Shown piece by piece: positions 21,034 to 34,039 of a DNA stretch of 55,444 nt (position 1 is its first letter; each line of letters begins with the position of its first letter). Under the pieces are notes generated by a model. The model did no database searches, had not been told where the DNA came from, and was given only the letters and a program-made list of their open reading frames with translations. Made by a program: the position numbers and the translations under genes. Source of the DNA: Octopus bimaculoides (taxonomy: Eukaryota); the NCBI RefSeq assembly GCF_001194135.2, contig NC_068989.1:51194764-51250207 (forward strand), written 5' to 3'.

Positions 21034-24000
21034 ATTCATGTTTTGTGCTAAACTTTGAAACCAACAATATATATTTTTTTACATATTCACATGAATAGTA
21101 ATGTATGTCTAAGCAAAACCGAATCAAATGTTTTCAGTATTCATATTGAACATACATTATGTATAGAGAAAACCAGAGTTACTGCAAAGTATATACATCA
21201 TCACATCGTCGCTGTATTGATATTGGGCATCATCATTTTATTAATATCAATATTAATAATGACAGTGGCCTTTATTTATTTAGATATACAGCAGGAAATT
21301 CATAAAAGAAATAAATTGAAAGATATATGGAAGCAAAACATCAGATACAGCATTTTTGGAATGTCGCCTATTGAACTTCTGCATAAGTTTGACAAATCAA
21401 AACAAAAGTTATAATGAAGATGAAGAAGACGATACAGACGATAGTGCAATATTGACAATAACGGTGTTATGCTCAGCTCCTAGACATATATATTTCAGAG
21501 ATATCGACACCATGGACAAATAAGCAATTACATCGGACGCTATAATATATATTTAAACACACACATTCATATATGAAAACAATAATAAAGCATAAGACAT
21601 GAAAAAATGTTCTAAAACTTTGTGTACGCATACATGCAGACACACGCGTACATGCACATATATACACACACATTCACACGCACACACGCATACACACACA
21701 CACACACTTGTAGATGCACTCGCATACATGGACATACATACATTCATACATACACACATTTAAATATCCCAAATTCTGGCCTGAAATTGTGTTTTCTAAC
21801 AACTATGTTTCATTTGTTTTCTGTTTAAGTTGGTTCAAGTGACAGTATTGACACATTCTATTTTCAATATCGTTATAAAATTATGCATAAAAACTCTTGT
21901 ATATTACCTCACGAGGTCTTACTGTAGGTATTCATTATTCTACAAAGAATTTTCAATCACTTTTACGACGAGAACTGCACTTGTGAATATTAAATAAAAA
22001 AGCTTTCATGACGTTATATTGTCAGTATTCAATTTTTAATGATTTTTTTCTTTAAACATTTACTAAAAATGTCTTTCAATTACACGTTGCATGGCCAAAC
22101 TAACCCTCCTCCAATTGGATTCTAGCGTTACGTTTATGAACAGTAAAATAGCCCTGCTTTTAGTATTAATATTTACTTAGTTATTCTGTCTTTATTTTGA
22201 CATGACTATTAAATTGGTAGAAACGTTAAAGCGCCCAACATAATGATTAAAAAAGAAAATTCAATTGTTTTCCATCTCAAGTCAAGCGATGCTGAGGTCA
22301 AACTCGTTTATCCTTGGAGAAAGATAAATTGAATTACCGGCCAACTTATATCTCTAGTAGTATGAAAGTATTTCGTGAAAACTATAATGTTTTTTCGTTT
22401 AGTTCCACATTACTATATCTGTTGTAATATTTTGTGTACGTCCTTTCGTGTCTTCTGATGCAACCCCATTATACTACATCACTTGACCTCGCTTTCATTG
22501 TTTCTAAAATCCTTTCATAAAATGCATGCGCATTTTTATGTATTTGTCTTTGTGCTGGATTTCGCTTTTAAAGAGGGAAGCATGTCTTATAAACCAAAAT
22601 GATTAATGGTATTAATAATGAGCAAAGATATTTTGTAAATGGTTTAAGTGCTTCTGTCTTTTAATGTTGATACGTTAAGTCCTACTGCTACTACAGCTGG
22701 TAATGATTTTGAGTGAATGAAACGATGACGATAATAATGATCTCAAAAGCTGAAGATTATTATATACGAGTGGAGTTGTTGGAAGCGGTTATATTTTCCA
22801 TAATTCTTCTCTTCGCGTGACAGAAACCACCCCCAGAGACTCATATCTAAGTAAATCTACGCTTTACTGGGTGGGAATTTCCCACCGATATATTTTCTCT
22901 TGATTATGCTTTGTTACATTCATAGGAAACTGATAATTTGGAGGATGAGGTTTTTCAGTAATATCACGTATGATCATATGCTAGTCAATCACATTTTCGT
23001 TTTTTTCTTAGGCAAATTTTCATCAAGCAACCTGTGTCTGGCAAACGTGTTTGCTATTATAGGATTTTCACTTTGACTTCTGGTGCCATTGCTTCCTTCA
23101 TTGCTGGCAACGATATCGTTTGTACTAATGGTGGTAGCTCCTTAGATCTCGATTTGAAACGTGACCACAGAAAATAAACAAAAAATAAAATAAATAGATA
23201 AAAAGAAACAAATAAAATAAAATAAAATAAGCAAATGGCTTTGATGTTTCGATCTTAATAGGCATCGACGAAATTTGTGCTGGTTACGTTTTACTGCTTT
23301 CCTCCAGCTTTCCATATGATAGCACGACTACACTTTGTATGCTGTCGTGGTTCGTTGTAAAACTGCTCTTGTCGCTGCTCATGATGCAATTATATATGAC
23401 ATAACTTTGGAAAGTATTGTCAGATCAGTTTGTACCTTTCATTTTACATTGTTTTGCTTTCTTTTAAAATTGAAGAAATTTAAATATGCGATTATATTAG
23501 CCCGTTAAATGAGCAAATATAGATAATGAACGCTCGTCTTCAAACAAGATCATATCTGCTACACATATACGCTAGATTCCACAACTTACTAATCGAGCTA
23601 AAACCAAAATGGCTATTGAGCGCCTACGAACCGATAGATATCAGAGGTAGGTAACTAGAGCTTCAAAAATTTGTGTGCAGAAAGTAGATTTTTCAAAAAT
23701 TAACTACGAAAATAATTTATGAACTAAGGAATGTCATACTAAAATTGAGTTGAAATTAGAACTGCTCAATGAAACGGTGGAGAAGGATGAATATGAACAA
23801 AAATGTTTGAAATCTCATACACCCGTTATGTATTTGCACATTGCTTAATCACTACTTGTGTGCATTCAACTAGCAGATCATAAATGGAATGCTGGACAAA
23901 ATCAGAGCCAAACACTATCTCAGTAAATATTTTAGGTTTATCTATTCCTTTTTCAAGTTTACTCCTTAATTGTGTTACATCTTCGTGTTTTGTATGATTA

Positions 24001-24287
24001 TATGAGTAAATGCGATTTTCATACAGCACCGGTGTTAAAAGCGTACCTTATTGGTTTTCCAGAAATTTCTCCCTATATTTCTTTATACTGCTGCTTTTGC
24101 ACCTCCTATACTTTGTTTGGCAATCAGTAGTCCGCTCTCTCTGCCAGTAGCTTTCTCTTTGCTGGTCATTACACAATAATTGTATTTTCCCTGAATGCAT
24201 AGGAATACTAGCATAATGTATCTAAGACACTTAGTCAGTTCAGCTCTTCTGTTAATTATCAGTGTTAATAATGTTGCAGATAGTTAA

Positions 24288-24470
24288 GGTGGCGAGCTGG
24301 CAGAAACGTTAGCACGCCGGAAAAATGCACAGTGGTATTTCGTCTGCCGTTACGTTTTGAGTTCAAATTCTGCCGCGGTCGACTTTGCCTTTCATCCTTT
24401 GGGGTCGATAAATTAAGTACCAGTTATGCACTGGCCTCAATGTAATCGACTTAATCCCTTTGTTTGTCCT
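24288..24470 (+). mobile_element. tRNA-derived SINE family 2 (well preserved)
   Basis: ggcgagctggcagaaacgttagcacgccgg (A box)...gagttcaaattc (B box)...gtcgactttgcctttcatcctttggggtcgataaattaagtaccagtt. Confidence 0.92.
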
Positions 24471-25948
24471 TTCTATGAATTATTTATGTTTTCTTCAGTT
24501 CATGTGCATACATCTCACCAAATTGAAAATTACTACAAACGTAATTATATATATATAAACGCTGCTTAAAATTACACCACCATCTTCTGTTCTTACCTAT
24601 TCGAAATGTTCATTCTAATAAAAAATATTCTTCATCCACCGATGAACGCAATCTAGGAATGATCCAAAAGTTCTCAGAGACTGTATATGGAGAAGGCGTC
24701 TAACAGCAAAATGTAATGGCAGTTATGATAATATTGATGGTGAGCATATTGATGTTGATGATGATAATAATATCGATGATAATTTACTATAAAAAGGAAA
24801 AAAATAAAATCATGAATTTGAAAATTAATCTGCAATGTAGCAAAAATTCTACATCGTCCATATGGACTGTTGATGTTGAGGGCTTTGAAATATCTTCTGG
24901 TGCTTCTGAAGCTAAAATATGTTTGGAGCTAGATGGAATGTAACCAGCGATATGAGATATAATGACTCCCGGGGGAAAGCGTTTTACTATCCAGACATTC
25001 ATATTTAACTTATCGACAACAGAGATCTAAAATAAAATATATATATATTTTTTCAGTTTCGTGGGTCAATAGATCATAATGTTTTGGTATATTTCCACAC
25101 TAACTCCNNNNNNNNNNNNNNNNNNNNNNNNNNNNNNNNNNNNNNNNNNNNNNNNNNNNNNNNNNNNNNNNNNNNNNNNNNNNNNNNNNNNNNNNNNNNN
25201 NNNNNNNNNNNNNNNNNNNNNNNNNNNNNNNNNNNNNNNNNNNNNNNNNNNNNNNNNNNNNNNNNNNNNNNNNNNNNNNNNNNNNNNNNNNNNNNNNNNN
25301 NNNNNNNNNNNNNNNNNNNNNNNNNNNNNNNNNNNNNNNNNNNNNNNNNNNNNNNNNNNNNNNNNNNNNNNNNNNNNNNNNNNNNNNNNNNNNNNNNNNN
25401 NNNNNNNNNNNNNNNNNNNNNNNNNNNNNNNNNNNNNNNNNNNNNNNNNNNNNNNNNNNNNNNNNNNNNNNNNNNNNNNNNNNNNNNNNNNNNNNNNNNN
25501 NNNNNNNNNNNNNNNNNNNNNNNNNNNNNNNNNNNNNNNNNNNNNNNNNNNNNNNNNNNNNNNNNNNNNNNNNNNNNNNNNNNNNNNNNNNNNNNNNNNN
25601 NNNNNNNNNNNNNNNNNNNNNNNNNNNNNNNNNNNNNNNNNNNNNNNNNNNNNNNNNNNNNNNNNNNNNNNNNNNNNNNNNNNNNNNNNNNNNNNNNNNN
25701 NNNNNNNNNNNNNNNNNNNNNNNNNNNNNNNNNNNNNNNNNNNNNNNNNNNNNNNNNNNNNNNNNNNNNNNNNNNNNNNNNNNNNNNNNNNNNNNNNNNN
25801 NNNNNNNNNNNNNNNNNNNNNNNNNNNNNNNNNNNNNNNNNNNNNNNNNNNNNNNNNNNNNNNNNNNNNNNNNNNNNNNNNNNNNNNNNNNNNNNNNNNN
25901 NNNNNNNNNNNNNNNNNNNNNNNNNNNNNNNNNNNNNNNNNNNNNNNN

Positions 25949-25994
<46 letters not shown>

Positions 25995-26025
25995 TTCCTC
26001 GCTCTCTATAATATTTCTGACTTAC

Positions 26026-26196
26026 CGTCCATTATCTCTTAGATGATTACTCAGTCCTGCTAATCTCTGACTAAGTGCATTCGATTTCCTTTCTCTGCAC
26101 ACCTCAGCCTTCAGTAGTTTGAGTGACAAATGAAATACTACATCATTGATAAGAGATATAACATCTTTATGTCGGTGGATTAATATAATGAGCCTT
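26026..26196 (-). CDS. Candidate internal coding exon of an unidentified host gene
   Basis: gttgtag|...|gtaagtc boundaries, 171 nt, phase 2-2, open frame RLIILIHRHKDVISLINDVVFHLSLKLLKAEVCRERKSNALSQRLAGLSNHLRDNG. No family recognised and the polypyrimidine tract is weak. Confidence 0.3.
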
Positions 26197-26724
26197 CTAC
26201 AACATGAGTACTACTATTTGAGTCGCCGTGAGATGTAAATACTGACAGACTGAAGTTAGGCAATCAGTAATCTCGTAGAACTGGAGGATTTACATTAGCA
26301 TGTTCCTCTCCTAGAAGGATGATGTGATAAAAGCTGGCTGGTGTTTTTCAACTCCTGATGATCACTAATTACATACTATTTTACCCGGAGCTACAACCGA
26401 AGCTGTTACTACTATTCCAGGTTTGAGTAGATGCGGAGACACCACTGCGTATGAAATGGTTGCACACTACTCATAACACTGCAGTTCCCCAATAGCGTCT
26501 CATTACAAGATGCAGTTCAAAGTCATACGTAGGACAAGATGCAATACATATCTATGTGTATACATGCGTACGTGGAAACGTGTATGTGTCTTACAGGTAT
26601 ATGTGCTTACGTATATGTATATATATATATATATATATATTCGTACATGTATGCGTATATTCATATATATACACTCAAGCGTACATACATACATATATAT
26701 ATATATACATACATNNNNNNNNNN

Positions 26725-27269
26725 CGTTCCCGTTCATCGGACAGTTTTCTAACAAAACTGTCTGATGAACGGGAACTTTTGTTTAAATTTTAGAGTTTAT
26801 TACGTTTACAAATTTTGGAATCTAATTTTTTTCGAGAATTCTATTTTTGAATCATTTTGGAATCCATTTTGTTTTCTTTTACAGTTAATTTTAGTTAATT
26901 TTTTGTTTATTTTCAGATCATTAACATGGAATGTCAAGTTAAGAAAAACGAGCATTCTCGGCATCTCCTACATTTTGCATTTAATCAAGCTTCTAACGCC
27001 GCAAAAGCTGCTCGCGACATTTGTGATGTGTATGGAGAGGATGCCATAGCTGAAAGAACCGCTTGTGATTGGTATGCCTATTTCAAGAATGGAAGTTTTG
27101 ACCTCAAAGACGCACCTCGTTCTGGCCGTCCAGTTGTGTTCGATGAAGAGCGATTAAACCAACTTTTGCACGAAAATTCTTGTCAAACGACAAGGGAACT
27201 GGCAGGGAACATGGAAAGCTCCCACATTGCTATGGAGAAGCATCTTCACTCGACGGGAAAGGTTCAGAA
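26725..27269 (+). mobile_element. Mariner element 1, 5' half
   Basis: Untranslated leader with a hairpin, then the transposase N-terminus. The left TIR is not visible and may lie in the 10-N gap. Confidence 0.88.
26926..27269 (+). pseudogene. Truncated mariner transposase (HTH DNA-binding region)
   Basis: MECQVKKNEHSRHLLHFAFNQ...AARDICDVYGEDAIAERTACDWYAYFKNGSFDLKDAPRSGRP...TTRELA...HLHSTGKVQ. It breaks just before the WVPHEL linker and has no DD34D domain. Confidence 0.92.
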
Positions 27270-27736
27270 CTGGAACCCAAATATCGTGCTTCTTAACGAG
27301 TCCAAGACATTTTAAGTGATTATCAATTGTTGTGTATGATACATGTAACCTTTCGCACCGTTATATGACAATCACGTTGAATTATGACTTTGATTTAGTC
27401 ATTATGAACTTCAGTAGGTCAACTTTGAGTGAAAAATCTCCAGAACAGAATTTTTAAAACCATTTCTAACATGTGCGTTTTGTAAAGCAATCAACAACAT
27501 AAACTTCACATATCTCTTTGTTAGCCTCAGCAGTTATCTTGTTTTTACAGATATAGAAAAGCAAAATACAGCGATAATTGTAAAACACATGTAAAAATCG
27601 ACACTTACATAACAAAATTACGCGCCACTTTCTTCTAAAGTAAACTAAAATTAACGGCTATCAAATGTCAAAATGAATAATCCCAACATTGATAAAAGTC
27701 ATAAAAAATCGTAATTACTTGCTTGGTAACCCAATA
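27270..27736 (-). mobile_element. Mariner element 2 (different subfamily), 5' half with TIR
   Basis: Minus start TA-ttgggttaccaagcaagtaattacgatttt resembles Hsmar1-type TIRs. Translation ILLFYICKNKITAEANKEICEVY...RTC*KWF*KFCSGDFSLK...HLKCLGLVKKHDIWVP. Confidence 0.88.
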
Positions 27737-28168
27737 TATATATACATACATATATATATATATATATATANNNNNNNNNNNNNNNNNNNNNNNNNNNNNN
27801 NNNNNNNNNNNNNNNNNNNNNNNNNNNNNNNNNNNNNNNNNNNNNNNNNNNNNNNNNNNNNNNNNNNNNNNNNNNNNNNNNNNNNNNNNNNNNNNNNNNN
27901 NNNNNNNNNNNNNNNNNNNNNNNNNNNNNNNNNNNNNNNNNNNNNNNNNNNNNNNNNNNNNNNNNNNNNNNNNNNNNNNNNNNNNNNNNNNNNNNNNNNN
28001 NNNNNNNNNNNNNNNNNNNNNNNNNNNNNNNNNNNNNNNNNNNNNNNNNNNNNNNNNNNNNNNNNNNNATATATGCATGTATGTATTTGGTGATTACATC
28101 TGGTTTGTAAGATCCTTTATGTAAATGCGTGTGTTGAAGCATGTTTTATTGTGTCTGAGGAGAGTAAT

Positions 28169-28418
28169 TCTCTTTTAGTGCCATATTATTTAACACACTC
28201 ACCGGTTCGATTTCCACTCATTTACTTAATTACTTTTGTTTTTACAATTTTCGTTGCGTCTTGCAACCTTTTCAAACTTTTCAACCTTCATTGAACTTTT
28301 GACTTTTACAACCTAGTAAAGGTTGTAAGACGCAACGAAAATTTTAGAAAAAAACATATAAGTAAATGAGTGGAAATCGAACCGGTGAATCTTTTAAATA
28401 GTAAGGTACTAAAAGTGT
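28169..28418. mobile_element. MITE / foldback element
   Basis: caccggttcgatttccactcatttactta pairs with taagtaaatgagtggaaatcgaaccggtg; tttcgttgcgtcttgcaacctt pairs with aaggttgtaagacgcaacgaaa; outer cttttagt pairs with actaaaag. Confidence 0.88.
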
Positions 28419-29198
28419 ATGATTCTCCACAGACACAATAATATGATATATATATACGCATACACGCACACACACATACATCCATAATACATACATACAT
28501 GCGCACACGCCCATACACATAGACATGCACACACACACATGTGTGTGTGTGTGTGTCTGAATGAGTGTGCGCGTTTGTTAAATTCTCCCGTCATGCTTCA
28601 TATAACTATTAAAATTCCGTTAGATAAATTGTACGAATTCTTCCAAAATTGTCTCTAGGAAATATGTATACAAATACTATCAAAATTTCCCCTCTTTAAT
28701 ACACTTTTTTCTATGACGCTGAACAAGTCTCTTTATCAATTATATCAAAATGTGTGGTAATAAAACGATAAGGATTTAAATGTAACGTGTCTCGCGTACA
28801 TATTTTCCGGCTTGAAGTTACTCATATGATAACCAATATAAAGGCTTCGTAAAAAACAGAAAAGATTCATTATGTATTGGCTCATTTGATGGAGTTATGA
28901 GTTGTAAATTATGGAAAATGTCAATGTTTACATGCGCATTCTCTTTCTTACATATTACATATGCTTATTTGAACATCTGATCATCTGAAAAATACATTAA
29001 TAACTTATATAAAAGTTTAAAATTTTCTTCTGTAAAACAAACCGAAACGGAACTAGAAAGACATGCCCATAAAAATAGTATATCTCTTTCCCTTACCCTC
29101 TCCCCCTCTCTCGTTTACGAACATAGATGAAGATATGTATATATATATATATGTGTATATGTATATATATTTATACATATTATATATATATACGTATA

Positions 29199-29234
<36 letters not shown>

Positions 29235-29469
29235 NNNNNNNNNNNNNNNNNNNNNNNNNNNNNNNNNNNNNNNNNNNNNNNNNNNNNNNNNNNNNNNNNN
29301 NNNNNNNNNNNNNNNNNNNNNNNNNNNNNNNNNNNNNNNNNNNNNNNNNNNNNNNNNNNNNNNNNNNNNNNNNNNNNNNNNNNNNNNNNNNNNNNNNNNN
29401 NNNNNNNNNNNNNNNNNNNNNNNNNNNNNNNNNNNNNNNNNNNNNNNNNNNNNNNNNNNNNNNNNNNNN

Positions 29470-29515
<46 letters not shown>

Positions 29516-29952
29516 CATATATATGAAACAACACTTATCACAAAATTATGTGCCATACTCTCACATCCAAAGTCACAACAGGTACACATACACAGATTTT
29601 CGGTGATAGTTGCTGTTTGTATTGAGCATATACAAATTTTATTCAACTCAGTAAGAAATACAATTTATTTATGAACTCGTCAATCATGAATAAAGGAAAT
29701 CTTTCCTAGGCAGGCCATCATATGTTGTGTGTGATAACACATTCTCCTAATATTTCGGAAGAAACGTTTTACTGAGATCTAAAATTTTTGAACACTGATT
29801 AACCTGATTCCCTGTGTTTATTTCAAAATCTTTCAAATAATGCTAGTTCAGTTACTTTTATATTTATTCAAAGACTTTACTTACATGTTCCAATTTCAAT
29901 TTTAACATTTTTAAGGAAAATTTCATAGAAAAACAAAACTAATGAGGAGGCA

Positions 29953-30119
29953 TTACCTGTGAGAGTTGAAAATAAAGTTCAAGGAATATAACTTCTAATG
30001 AGGTGCATTTGGGTTCAATCAGTCCAAACATTTGAGAATTTCTGGTATCAGTAGTTATAATATGTCCGTTTTCTGATCCCAAACAATCACAAGGAGACAT
30101 GTATATAGCGCTTTCCACA
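29953..30119 (+). pseudogene. Probable Helitron (Pif1-like) helicase C-terminal remnant
   Basis: LPVRVENKVQGI*L and QSQGDMYIALST resemble FPVRxxFAMTINKSQGQTL and FSHGQLYVALSR in the correct order and spacing. Confidence 0.5.
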
Positions 30120-31274
30120 TTTTATTATGAACAATGCATTTTTCCATGTCTTCTTATGCTTTTGAACACATTGATATATTGTGATTTTCTGACATAATAT
30201 CTATTTACAATTGTTTTACTTTCAATAAAGCGTATACTATTCTTTTACTATAATGATTTGTGTTACATTTCATTAGATATTATTTGTAGTTTTCAAACAA
30301 TAACTTTACTTAGCATGATGTCTATTACCATTAAAATTTAAATTAGAAAACCATAACGAACAACACGGTTGGAACACTTTTTTTTTTATTAATAATATGC
30401 TGTGAATCCAGGAAAAATACCTTTGTAATATTTTGTAAATAAGTCCAATAAATAGAATAAAACATGTCGATCGATTTTGAAACAATTTCGTTCTAACTAA
30501 AACGAGGAAAAATTTCTAGTTTCAAAACGTTATGCGATCTACCTTGTAAGGATTTTTTCTTTAATAATATTTGATGAATTGATGAGAACCTTTCAGTGAC
30601 ATGAATAATGGTGTGACGAAAATGTCTTGTTGAACTGTCTGTTATGAAGTGATAATTGTACTTTGATCTTAACGGTAGATAACTAAACACACTTTGCTCA
30701 TCTGATTGATAGACTGATATACGTACTATACTGATCGAATTGATGAATTGATAAAAATACTTCATGGATCAAACAACTGAGATTTTTGAATGTAAAGCAT
30801 ATGTGACATGAATATATTAAATCGTATCTTTTTTAGTCTTTCGCTAAATTTATTTTGGAAAGTAAAGTAAAAATACTAAACACTTCAAATATGACTCATA
30901 TACATTTTAATTTAATGAATATAGCTAACAGAGCTGCTTGTAGAAGCAAATCCTAATTGAATCGAAAAGAAACTGGGCGCCCGTCTAGATGTTGCATTGT
31001 CGACAGAATGTTATTTCTTATGGTATGTTGTTTCCTTTCACTGCTTGAAGTGAAGTTACTTAAATTAAAATTGGAAGTGCAAATATTGACAATTCTCAGT
31101 ATTTAGAGGACAGTGATTTGGAGATACATTTTGCAATTTGCACACTCATATATAACATTCACGGTAATATATACTTTAATATGGGACAATAAGAAATATA
31201 GAGCACACATTTTCACACGTTATATATAAACGATAAATGGGTTCAAGACAGATGTATACTATAATCTAGAAGAA

Positions 31275-31500
31275 TCGAGGCAATATATAATTTTATCTCA
31301 TGGCATCCGACGAGGGTATAACTATCCAATTCAATGTAGTTGAAAAAATATGTGTCATTGTACGATATCTCAACGCCAAATGAAAACGACTTCAAGGAAC
31401 TAAATAATTTTGATTAAAGAACGTTATCCAATATCAATCATTGACAGAGAAATAAAAGAAGCAGTGTTACTGACATCAGCAATTAAAGAACTACAGATTT
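31275..31500 (+). mobile_element. PLE family A RT C-terminal fragment
   Basis: IQFNVVEKICVIVRYLNAK*KRLQ..K resembles IPFNLARRICTIV...RLQELK. Confidence 0.55.
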
Positions 31501-31577
31501 ATGACATACAAATATCAAAACAGAAAAAACATGTTTTTGACTGACGCATTTTGGGAATTGTAGACAATAAAATATAG

Positions 31578-32175
31578 TGTGATGCGAGCCACGACACCCC
31601 CTTGAAAGAAACACAATGGACCAAGACATTATAAATAGTAGTGTTGAGGGTGAAGCTTGTCTGTAGTTCCAGTTGAGTTCGCAGAAAAATCGGAAGGTGT
31701 CGGTTGCTTAGTTCGTTTGGAATATTGATTGTTGGTTTGTGAAGAGATTGTTGGATCGTTACGTTATTATTACGGCCGCATCGTTAACTTGTTTACTGTT
31801 ACAAAACTGGTGCAGTGTATCTATACCGTCCGTCACAATACCATGACGGTACCAGTATATTGGTGATACAACGGAGGATACAACATCTGATGACGAGAGT
31901 TTTGAAGATCACATAGGTTATTTAACAATTTGAGCCTGATACAACTTGTTAAATGATGGAAGACCTATTAGCGTCCATCATACAGTTGCAAAAGCAATAA
32001 CAAGAAGAGGAAGCGGATTTTCAAAAGCAACTAGTACAGCAACAATTGATGGAGCCAGACACAAATAATTCTGAAGATGAGGTACGTTCTGTTTGGCCAA
32101 ATGGTGTATATAACCCCATAACAGAATTCAGATATAACCCAGAGGAGGCTATAACATTTACATTCGTTTATGTCC
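31578..32175 (+). mobile_element. Gypsy-type LTR retrotransposon 5' end: LTR 31578-31803, PBS from 31808, gag start about 31953
   Basis: TG...CA-bounded segment with TATAAATA near 31630; TGG-starting PBS 4 nt downstream; Gln-rich gag with ITEFRYNPEEAITF (F.Y.PE...TF motif) and an in-frame stop. Confidence 0.72.
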
Positions 32176-34039
32176 GTATATCAGCAATATATTATGTAAA
32201 GTGATTAGATAATAAAAGAATCAATGATTTCATCACTATTTAAATCTAACGTATGTTTCCCACAATATATACAATTTCAATTTTTCATGACGTGTGCAAC
32301 CGTTCTTCATAAAATTAAAAACAAATATATTAACTATTGCTTAAATTATTTCTGTCACTTACAGTGTATGCAACTTTACCATTATCATCATCGACATCAT
32401 AACCACCATCATCATTATCGTAAGCGTCAGACTCTTCATCATCTTCCAATGATGTAAACCTTACGTTGTCATTTTCCAAAAAAAAAAGAAGAGGGGTATG
32501 AATATTTTTGAACAGATTTAAGTGTAGGTAACTCAGGATTCTGAACGAAATCCTTCAGAATTTTATTGGCACACAGCTATCAGTTCATGCTTTTACAAAT
32601 GCTTAATATTTTATTTGCTTAATTTAATAAAATTTTGCTTTTGTTTAAATCGAGAATTAGCATTTTTCTTTTATTCATGTAGGATTTAATTTAAATATTA
32701 TGGAATCATTTTATTGTCAAATGCAAGAAAAGTAAATCTTCAACAAAACATTCGATGCCGTGAGTGCAAAAGATAATCACCCACAGAATTATGTAGAAAA
32801 TAAAAGAGCTTAACGTTTATGAAAAATATCAAAAGAAGTTATCTGAAATCGTTATTTGTACTTAATTATTTCATATCAGATATTGCCTGTCAACGATGCT
32901 AATAAATTGTCCAGTATGGCTTAAACAATCCACGTTTCAATTTATATAGAAACTAGATTATTCGTAATTCTTTATTTATTTCATAAATGTTGTTCCAAAT
33001 ATTGTTTTTACATTTAATCACGGATTTATGAAAACATTATTCGCCGTGTTCTCTCTTTCATTTAACTACAGTTTATTTATTATTCCTAAGGGTTTATGGT
33101 GTTGCGGTGCAGAGCTTAAAAGCGTATTATCATTTAATTGTTTAAACCAAATCTAAATTGTTATGATTAAGAATATTATAAGTGACTCTATTGCATATGA
33201 AATTATTCAATGAAAGTTGCGTTCAGAGATGTCCACATTTCAATATCACTAATTAATGCTAAATGCTTAAAAGCTGTCACATACTCGATAGGGAAGCAAT
33301 AACAGACTTTTTAAAGCCACTAGCAGTTAAGTTTCATTGAGTTACAAATTACCGTTTAATAAAGGAAGAAATTATTATCTAAATAACAGATAAAATAGAG
33401 TATGTGTGGCTGGAATTGTTTGAACTTAGCTGTGTTCAATCAAGGCAGATATAGGTTGGATAACAGTTCCTAAGACAAGCAAAATACGAACTTCGTAGAG
33501 GTGTGCTGATTTAGGACGTGTGCATATTTATGAGATAATGGTTATGCTTTAAAATACATAGCGATAATAACAACAAATAATACACTGAGAAGGCTAACTC
33601 GAGTATATCATACTAATGTTACGACAGACAAAAATAATCTTCAAATACATATTGGATTTTTATCGTGGTAAGATTGATGCAATCTCACGCTCGTAACACT
33701 GGCTTTGAGATTCCAAAGCGTATATATGTTTGCACGCACTGGCATAGTGCGCTAAAATAGAAACAAATCATCAGTGCAGGAGTTTGCAAAACTTTTGTGC
33801 TACAATATCAATGGTGTCTATCAGATGTACCAACCACCTAACGTACCAATCACCTGACGTATGAGTGAAGAGATGTATCTATTTGTGACAGATCAATCTT
33901 AGCGACTTTATGCAATGGGACTATGAATTACAATGATTTCAGTATCATATCATGAGAAACGACTATTTTGTTGCTGAAATTCAAAGTAGATTTGGAGAGC
34001 TCTTTCGGAAAAAATACAATATAACGTGTCACAATAATG

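Noticed and set aside
23826-24029. 67-aa minus ORF YENRIYSYNHTKHEDVTQLRSKLEKG...
   Set aside because: No recognisable motif and no convincing splice sites.
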